A stretch of DNA of 26,692 nt from a virus (taxonomy: Duplodnaviria > Caudoviricetes): positions 1 to 26,692 of the IMG/VR virus record IMGVR_UViG_3300008255_000418, one strand, 5' to 3'. The position numbers and the translations under genes are program-made. Shown piece after piece: positions 20,004 through 26,692 of this stretch. How positions within the stretch are numbered: position 1 is the first letter of the stretch; the number at the start of each line of letters is the position of its first letter. Under the pieces are notes generated by a model, which saw nothing but the letters and a program-made list of their open reading frames with translations, did not search any database and had not been told where the DNA came from.

Positions 20004-20903
20004 ATGATTTTAGATAATAATGGAACAATAGAAATATCTGCAACATTGACACGTTTAGGAAAACAACGTATCAACGAAAATGAATTTAATCCTACCAAAT
20101 TCGCACTATCCGATGATAATATAAATTATTCATTGATTGATAATACATTGATTATACCTGATATTAAAGTTCAACGTACACCGTTTTTTAATGTGTATCG
20201 TGATGGGGCATCATTGTTAAAGAATAAATTGCGTGTTATGACCGATGGTGAAAATGAATTACTACCTTCACTACATAATTTCCAATTTTCATTTGGTAGT
20301 GCTAACAGACAAAGTAATCAAATATCAGTAGATGGGAAAACTAGACAGAATCCTTCAATTACAATAGATGAAACGGGTGTAAAAACGATTGTTTATTATA
20401 TAACAAATTCTGAAATTGCAAAAAAACCAATAGATAGCGTTATTAATATCGATTATGCATCATTACCAATGAAGAAAAATCAATATATTACTGCAACTCT
20501 TCATAGTCAACACTATTTTGATTTAAAATTAACTGATGAAAATGTTAAGAAAAATACAAAATTTAGTACGAATAATAATACATTCAATAGAAATTTTAAT
20601 GAAGCTACAATTTATACCAATAAAAGAGTTGATTTACCAAAAATAGTTAATGTATATTGTACTGATATTTCTCAGGATATTCTAAATGCAGGACAAGGAA
20701 ACACAACAATTGGTATTTCACAACTACAAAAAATGTTTGGTGACTCATATAACGTAGGATTTTCGAATGGTATATCATTAAGATATAAAGGTAATTTTGT
20801 TTATCAAAATGTAGGAATTGCATCATATGATACATTACTGACACTTTTTTCTGAAGAAACAGGTCAATACGAAAATATAAAAATTATAATTAAATTAATA
20901 TAA
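20004..20903 (+). CDS. Baseplate/tail-collar protein, family A copy 2
   Basis: 299 aa. ATLTRLGKQRI...TKFALSDDNINY...DGASLLKNKL aligns with 10669..11391 (YTKLGRRYL...KLAFSDDGVDY...DGYAVMKNKL). Confidence 0.62.
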   Translation: MILDNNGTIEISATLTRLGKQRINENEFNPTKFALSDDNINYSLIDNTLIIPDIKVQRTPFFNVYRDGASLLKNKLRVMTDGENELLPSLHNFQFSFGSANRQSNQISVDGKTRQNPSITIDETGVKTIVYYITNSEIAKKPIDSVINIDYASLPMKKNQYITATLHSQHYFDLKLTDENVKKNTKFSTNNNTFNRNFNEATIYTNKRVDLPKIVNVYCTDISQDILNAGQGNTTIGISQLQKMFGDSYNVGFSNGISLRYKGNFVYQNVGIASYDTLLTLFSEETGQYENIKIIIKLI

Positions 20904-20908
20904 TACAA

Positions 20909-21973
20909 ATGGGAAAAATATTCAAAATATTAGATAATAATTCAATCATCAACGATAGTAGATATCCCAAGTTTTCAACTTTGCATGCAAATTCGGCTAT
21001 TGCTTTTAAGAATAGTGATTGGGGTATAGTACAAAATAGTTCGTTTACGGATTTTGGTGCAATAACTGCTTCTGTTGCTTATGCTAATACTTCTTCTTTT
21101 TCTGTTTCATACGCAAATCAGAATACATCATCTAATTATGCAGAATTTTTACCCTTTCAAATGTTAATGGGATATTTAGGTGTACCATATAACATTCAAA
21201 ATGCATCTCATGAGTTTGCAATAAATAATGAACTTATTAATGAAGCAATAATCATATCATTTGATGAAGAAAACTTCAAAAACCAAATTGATGTAAAGAA
21301 TTTTTTCATAGCATTATCAGGTTCAACAGGTAATTCGACAACGGCAGTAAGCGGAAATGGTACATTCGGGTCAGGATTTCTAACAGTGGCACCATATAGC
21401 ATTAAAGAATCATATGAAACAGGGAGTAGCACACAATACCCACCATTATCAGTTAATCCTGTTTACGAACTTAGAACAAATTCTGATAATTCATATCTAA
21501 TTTATGATTCCAATACGGATTCAGTTAAAGTTGATTGGTCGATTGGAACACCATCGGTACCATTGGGATATATTTTTCCTGAACAAGGATTGATATTATT
21601 ATTACCATCGAAACTTACTGCTTATACACAGTTACTAACAGCAATTAATAACGTTTCAGCACCTAGAGCAGAAAATGTTGCCAATTCTATTATGTATATC
21701 GGTGGATACGGTTTAGAATACGTTGAAAAAAAGGTTATTCTAATTAGAGTTGAACGAGATGAATTTAATTTTACTACAAACCCATCGGCATTTACTAATG
21801 ATGATGGTATCGTAAGATATAACTCACAATTTATTGGAGAACCAACATCATATATATCAGCAATTGGTATTTATAATGATGAAAATGAACTATTAGCAGT
21901 TGCCCATTTATCAGAACCTGAGAAAAAAACAGAATTAGACTTTTTAACTTATAAAATAGTAGTCGAAATTTAA
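20909..21973 (+). CDS. Baseplate/tail-collar protein, family B copy 3
   Basis: 354 aa. EFNFTTNPSAF...PTSYISAIGIYNDENELLAVAHLSEPEKK aligns with 11397..12431. Confidence 0.62.
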   Translation: MGKIFKILDNNSIINDSRYPKFSTLHANSAIAFKNSDWGIVQNSSFTDFGAITASVAYANTSSFSVSYANQNTSSNYAEFLPFQMLMGYLGVPYNIQNASHEFAINNELINEAIIISFDEENFKNQIDVKNFFIALSGSTGNSTTAVSGNGTFGSGFLTVAPYSIKESYETGSSTQYPPLSVNPVYELRTNSDNSYLIYDSNTDSVKVDWSIGTPSVPLGYIFPEQGLILLLPSKLTAYTQLLTAINNVSAPRAENVANSIMYIGGYGLEYVEKKVILIRVERDEFNFTTNPSAFTNDDGIVRYNSQFIGEPTSYISAIGIYNDENELLAVAHLSEPEKKTELDFLTYKIVVEI

Positions 21974-21981
21974 GTTTTTTG

Positions 21982-22023
21982 ATAATTAATGATATTTACG
22001 ATATATAATATAATATCATTAAT
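21982..22023 (+). promoter_or_regulatory. ATAATTAAT element overlapping a 12-bp perfect inverted repeat that ends 2 nt before the tail-fibre ATG
   Basis: ATTAATGATATT (21985-21996) pairs with AATATCATTAAT (22012-22023) around a 15-nt loop; the ATG is at 22026. Confidence 0.5.
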
Positions 22024-22025
22024 CA

Positions 22026-25000
22026 ATGGCAATCAAACAATACAAACAAGATTTACTAAATAGACCTACAAATATAGTAGAACGTGGTGATAGGTCTAAA
22101 TATTTCCAATTATTCGATATCAACGATGTATACGGTTTAGGTATACATATTGCATCCATAAGAGGGTCTGAAGATATAGAACGCTATTCGGCAATCCAAA
22201 TGGAAATGTCCGATGAATTTGGCAGATTGATACCAATTAAAATTCCACCATCATCTGAATTATCAGAAAATCGTTATCTACCTTCACAACGTTTCAGTTT
22301 CGAAATTGATAATAGTGTAAAATCAGGTGTAATAACATTGGTGATTTATGGTAAATTGACAGATGGTAGAACAATAAAATATATTCGTACCTTTTTAGTC
22401 AATAAAACTATACAAGCAAAAGCTGTTTCTGATAGAGGAGAATGGGCAAGTGGTATTGATTATTCGATATCTGATGTAGTTCAATTCGGTGGGTCTTCAT
22501 ACATTAGTATTCTTGATAACATTAGTGATAACACGAATATTCCACCCGATACGACATATTGGAGATTATTCGCAGAAAGTCAACAACAATTAGATGTTAT
22601 TATTGAAGCTAATACTTTTTCATTCAACAATAATTTTGGTTCTATAGTTGCAACGGGCTCATTATATGTACAAGGGATAAATATATCTAGTAGCGTCGTA
22701 TACCAATGGTTTAGGGATGATATAGAACAAGTAGGCGAGACAAATAGATATTTTACAGTTTCTGCATCATCAGTAACAGGTTCAACACAACTTAAATTAA
22801 AACTTACTTATGAAGTTGAAGATAGAATTGGGTATGCATACCAGACGATAACAAATACTAATGATGGAGAATTAGGATTAGCATTATTATATCAGGGGTT
22901 ATATGATTCAGGGGTTACATATAATAGAAATGCAACTAGTTCTGATGTAGTTTATTATGATACATCTTATTATACCATCAAATTAGGTATATCATCAGTA
23001 CTAAATGTTATACCAACAGATACGGACTATTGGGAAGAAATTCCAACATTTAAAATTTTAGCAACAGACTTATTATTAGCACAAGATGTTACAATAAGAA
23101 GAAGTTTAACATTAGGTGATGCATCGATTGACGGTGGGTTTGGAACACGAGGTGTAATCAAATCTTTGGGTGGGTATGATAGTGTTGGTGACTATACATC
23201 TGTGCAAAATGATATAGTAAATAGAGGTCTATATTTCGATTCTACGGGGTCAATGAACTTAGGTGGTAATTTGGTATGGGATGCACTTACAAAGTCACTT
23301 ACAGTCAAAGGAAACATTATAATTGAGGGTGGTAATGCTGCTACTACTTCGAGCGTTTCATCATTATCTTCTTCGTTATCTGCATCAATCGTTGATAGTG
23401 CAAATACGCTATCTTCATCAATTGGCAACGTTGAAACACAACTTAGTAGTTCAATTTCTGATGTATATAATGAAGCATTACAAGCACAAACTGATGCAAG
23501 TAATGTATACGCAAGTGCATCTATAAGATTTTCTAATATTGCTGATGATAATATTGCTGATTATTCAGAATTACCAACTTATAAATTTATATATTCCGAA
23601 ATTTTAGCTGATAGTGGTTCAATAATTCCTAAAGCAATTATATTGAGTGCAACAGGTTCTGCACTTACAAATTATACATCTTCGTTTGATAATTTATCAG
23701 CGAGTCTAAGTGTTATTATTAATACAGAATTTGAAAATTTTCCAATTAATGGTATTAATGATACACCAATATTTTTACAAACAAATTTTGATGCTTATTA
23801 TTTATCAAAAAATACATTATTAGGAAATATTTCTGAACAAGCACGAAATCTTGCAGAAGCATATTCGTTATTAATTACACCTACAGACCCTTCGACGGGT
23901 ATTCTAAAAAATAATCCTACACCATCGGGTCAAGGTTTATTTATGAATGCAAGTCATTTGGGTTTTTATAATACTGATACTTGGCAAACATTCATGTCTG
24001 CAAGTGGAGAATTTTATTTAACATCGAGTGTTGGTGGCAATTATTTATTTTGGAATCCTATTACAGGAACATTGGAAATACAAGGTGCAATAAATATTAC
24101 GGGTGGTAATGGCGCAACTCAAGATTTTGTAAATAATACTTCTGCATCATTATCATCATCGGTCAATGGTTCTATTAACAACTTATCAGGTTCGGTATCA
24201 AGCTCATTATCATCGATGAGTGGTTCTTTGGCATATGATATATTATTAAATAGTTCATCTTTCGCTTTAACTTCAGAATTACTAGATAATAGGATTTTTA
24301 CCAATGCAGATGGATTAATTAATAAAACACCAAATACATCGAGTGCAGGATTATATCTTGGGTCTAATTATTTAGGATATTATGCAGATGGTAGTTGGAT
24401 TACTTACATGGACAATCAGGGGGATTTTTATCTTACAGGTTCCAATGGATATTTAGTATGGAGTTCCGCTGATTCTTTATTAGGAATTAAAGGTAATATT
24501 ATTGCTGATACTATTGTAACAAATTCAGGAAGTATTGCAGGTTGGGAATTAAGTGGTGATTCTATATATAAAAATGGAATTAAATTACAATCGACAACTG
24601 GAAATATTGGTTTATTAATCAATGATAATAACATAGACAGGTTACGGTTGGGGAGTTTTGATACAATTAATCCATCTTCATATACAAATTTGTGGTCAGG
24701 AAATTTTACCGATTGGACATGGAAATTAAATTATTTTGGTACTTCACTAGGAACAAGTTCTTTATATGTTTCAATGGTTTCTTCAACAGATGGGCTTGTT
24801 ATAACTAAGAACAAATTGAGAGGTGATATTACTTTCGTAGGTAATATAGATATTGGGTCACTTGACATTGAAGATACGATGGAAATTTCCTATGATGTGA
24901 ATGGGCTTATATCCCTAAATAATTTGAATTGGATTTCACCACAAACTAATACAGTTCGATATATAATTTCATCATCTGTATATAAAGGCGTTGATAAAAT

Positions 25001-26692
25001 AGATTCCTTTACACATGAATTAGATTCTAGCACACAATATTTTTCTAAAAAAATACGTGATACATATTACAACGATACTGGTGTTAGTTTGGATGATTTA
25101 ACATTTGAAGTTGGAATTTATTTATCTGGGTCGAGTTTTTGGGATTTTAGAGTTGATATTTCAAAATTTACGATTGCAATTAATAAAGCAACAATAAATA
25201 TTACGCCAGACCAAGCATTATTCTACGCTTCACCTACAAATTATTTCGAATGGACAAAAGAAAAATTAACAGTTAAAACTGATAATTTTGAAACTAATAC
25301 TATTAGTACAGGAGATTTAGTAGTCACTGGTCAAGCATCGTTTTTGGGTGGATTAGTTGTAAGTGGTTCTTTAGACTCACACCCTGTGATAGATGCTATT
25401 GGTAACATATCATTAACCAATGGTAATGTAATTAGAACTATGACATTTGATGAATTTGGTCACGTTGAAGCATTTACATCTTATGATTTGGATAATAGAT
25501 ATTATACTGAAACTGAAAGCGATGCTAAATATTTTCCATTTATAGGTGGAATAATAACAGGGGATACTACATTCAACCAAAATGTAACTGTAAATGGTAA
25601 TCTTGCTGTGATGGGTACATATTTTACCGCAAGTGTTGAGCAGATGTATATTGAAGATAATATATTAACACTGAATTATGGTGAAAGTGGTAGTGTAGTT
25701 ACAAGTGGTTTTGCAGGTATAGAAATTGATAGAGGTATTGGTAATTCATTTTGGTTCGTATTTGATGAAACGAGAGATAGATTTGTAGTTGGATTGAGTG
25801 GTTCAACGCAAGTGGTTTCAACTAGAGAAGATTCACCTATAGCAAATGGTATGCCTTGGTATGACAATGGGAACAATAGATTATCAACAACAACAGGATT
25901 TACATTTGACGGAACTAATTTAAACTTACCACAAACTGCTTCATTATCTACGCATGCGGTACGTGCGGATAGAACTATATCAACCAATAATGGAATTATA
26001 GGTGGTGGTGATTTAACTTTGAATAGAACATTTGGATTGACTGGTAATACATTATCATTACATGAACTTTCTACTAATGGAATTTTAGTTAGAACAGGCA
26101 CAAGCACAATTACAAGTAGAGAAATATTAGGAACAAATAATCAAGTAATTGTTTCTAATGGCAATGGTATAAGTGGGAATCCACAATTAAGTTTACCACA
26201 AGATATTCATATTAGTTCTACTCCAACGTTTTCCAAACTTAATTTATCGGGTACTGGTGATATTCTTTCATTTACAGCAGGGAATGGTTTATCAAGTCTC
26301 GATGGGTGGATTAATATTGGTAATGGTGTTTTTGATTGGAAATTTGGATATCAGGGTTCGACATCAAATTCAACGGGAAATGAATTTAAGGTATGGAGTA
26401 CAGGTAGTCAAGGTACAGGTAAATATTTTCAATTCGACCATGACGGTAATTTTGATATAAACGGTACTTTATATGTTTTGGGAAGTATAACAGTAGATGG
26501 GAATATAATAGGAAAAGATGCAAATCCATTGGTATCAATAATATCAACTAACAATGCGTATTTTGGTAGTATCAATAGAGATAATTTAACACTTGCATCT
26601 ACGAATCAACCGAAATATAGAGATGGTGAAAGAGATTATTATGTGATTTGGACTGCAAAAAATATGGGGTCGGGTAGTTTATTAGATGCTGA
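22026..26692 (+). CDS. Very large modular tail fibre/receptor-binding protein (3'-truncated by the window; absent from the ORF track)
   Basis: Hand translation from the ATG at 22026 (MAIKQYKQDLL...) gives 1555 codons with no stop, ending ...WTAKNMGSGSLLDA. Contains CBM5/12-like modules, an Ig-like module, internal repeats and common fibre motifs (LDNRYYTETE, IEDNILTLN...AGIEIDRG, GGGDLTLNRT, LPQDIHISSTPTF). Confidence 0.9.
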   Translation, partial: MAIKQYKQDLLNRPTNIVERGDRSKYFQLFDINDVYGLGIHIASIRGSEDIERYSAIQMEMSDEFGRLIPIKIPPSSELSENRYLPSQRFSFEIDNSVKSGVITLVIYGKLTDGRTIKYIRTFLVNKTIQAKAVSDRGEWASGIDYSISDVVQFGGSSYISILDNISDNTNIPPDTTYWRLFAESQQQLDVIIEANTFSFNNNFGSIVATGSLYVQGINISSSVVYQWFRDDIEQVGETNRYFTVSASSVTGSTQLKLKLTYEVEDRIGYAYQTITNTNDGELGLALLYQGLYDSGVTYNRNATSSDVVYYDTSYYTIKLGISSVLNVIPTDTDYWEEIPTFKILATDLLLAQDVTIRRSLTLGDASIDGGFGTRGVIKSLGGYDSVGDYTSVQNDIVNRGLYFDSTGSMNLGGNLVWDALTKSLTVKGNIIIEGGNAATTSSVSSLSSSLSASIVDSANTLSSSIGNVETQLSSSISDVYNEALQAQTDASNVYASASIRFSNIADDNIADYSELPTYKFIYSEILADSGSIIPKAIILSATGSALTNYTSSFDNLSASLSVIINTEFENFPINGINDTPIFLQTNFDAYYLSKNTLLGNISEQARNLAEAYSLLITPTDPSTGILKNNPTPSGQGLFMNASHLGFYNTDTWQTFMSASGEFYLTSSVGGNYLFWNPITGTLEIQGAINITGGNGATQDFVNNTSASLSSSVNGSINNLSGSVSSSLSSMSGSLAYDILLNSSSFALTSELLDNRIFTNADGLINKTPNTSSAGLYLGSNYLGYYADGSWITYMDNQGDFYLTGSNGYLVWSSADSLLGIKGNIIADTIVTNSGSIAGWELSGDSIYKNGIKLQSTTGNIGLLINDNNIDRLRLGSFDTINPSSYTNLWSGNFTDWTWKLNYFGTSLGTSSLYVSMVSSTDGLVITKNKLRGDITFVGNIDIGSLDIEDTMEISYDVNGLISLNNLNWISPQTNTVRYIISSSVYKGVDKIDSFTHELDSSTQYFSKKIRDTYYNDTGVSLDDLTFEVGIYLSGSSFWDFRVDISKFTIAINKATINITPDQALFYASPTNYFEWTKEKLTVKTDNFETNTISTGDLVVTGQASFLGGLVVSGSLDSHPVIDAIGNISLTNGNVIRTMTFDEFGHVEAFTSYDLDNRYYTETESDAKYFPFIGGIITGDTTFNQNVTVNGNLAVMGTYFTASVEQMYIEDNILTLNYGESGSVVTSGFAGIEIDRGIGNSFWFVFDETRDRFVVGLSGSTQVVSTREDSPIANGMPWYDNGNNRLSTTTGFTFDGTNLNLPQTASLSTHAVRADRTISTNNGIIGGGDLTLNRTFGLTGNTLSLHELSTNGILVRTGTSTITSREILGTNNQVIVSNGNGISGNPQLSLPQDIHISSTPTFSKLNLSGTGDILSFTAGNGLSSLDGWINIGNGVFDWKFGYQGSTSNSTGNEFKVWSTGSQGTGKYFQFDHDGNFDINGTLYVLGSITVDGNIIGKDANPLVSIISTNNAYFGSINRDNLTLASTNQPKYRDGERDYYVIWTAKNMGSGSLLDA

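Noticed and set aside
1994-26107. Minus-strand ORFs in the track (e.g. 1994..2272, 2462..2887, 14080..14352, 17248..17544, 25676..26107)
   Set aside because: All are antisense to well-supported + strand genes, have shadow-frame composition and show no recognisable motifs.
16542-26460. Short out-of-frame + strand ORFs (16542..16775, 23323..23526, 26257..26460)
   Set aside because: They are nested in the SbcD-SbcC fusion or the tail fibre and have no independent support.
22026-26692. Active stop-codon recoding or a non-coding region explaining the ORF-track gap
   Set aside because: The frame from 22026 is open under the standard code; it was missed only because it has no stop inside the window.
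22026-26692. Diversity-generating retroelement or invertible fibre cassette
   Set aside because: No reverse transcriptase or recombinase, and no near-identical DNA repeat pair is visible; the fibre C-terminus lies outside the window, so this cannot be excluded genome-wide.

Overview
A very AT-rich (roughly 25% GC by eye), gene-dense segment with all credible genes on the + strand. It comes from a large tailed dsDNA phage with a contractile (myovirus-type) baseplate, probably infecting a Bacteroidota host: starts are A-rich without Shine-Dalgarno motifs, and the tail-fibre motifs look Bacteroidota-type. Gene order: an A/T-only tandem-repeat tract; a sigma-70/gp55-like transcription factor; a baseplate block (spike-like, gp25-like, gp6/J-like, DNRLRE-like, Ig-repeat, gp7/I-like with LamG, three tail-collar-like genes); an embedded DNA-metabolism block (RuvC, gp14-like neck protein, primase, GT4 glycosyltransferase, single-chain Mre11-Rad50/SbcD-SbcC fusion); a second, diverged copy of the tail-collar gene pair; and a >1555-codon tail-fibre ORF (22026 to the window end) that the ORF track missed. 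The most interesting signals are: (1) a [S/T]-[G/A/S]-S-hydrophobic motif scattered across unrelated virion folds but nearly absent from the enzymes, next to a phage glycosyltransferase (possible virion-glycosylation sequon); (2) a DUF3751-like fold apparently split over two genes, with the pair duplicated; (3) a recurring ATAATTAAT candidate late promoter, one copy overlapping a 12-bp hairpin beside the tail-fibre start; (4) codon-level GATC avoidance. All family calls come from motif recognition by eye; no database searches were run.
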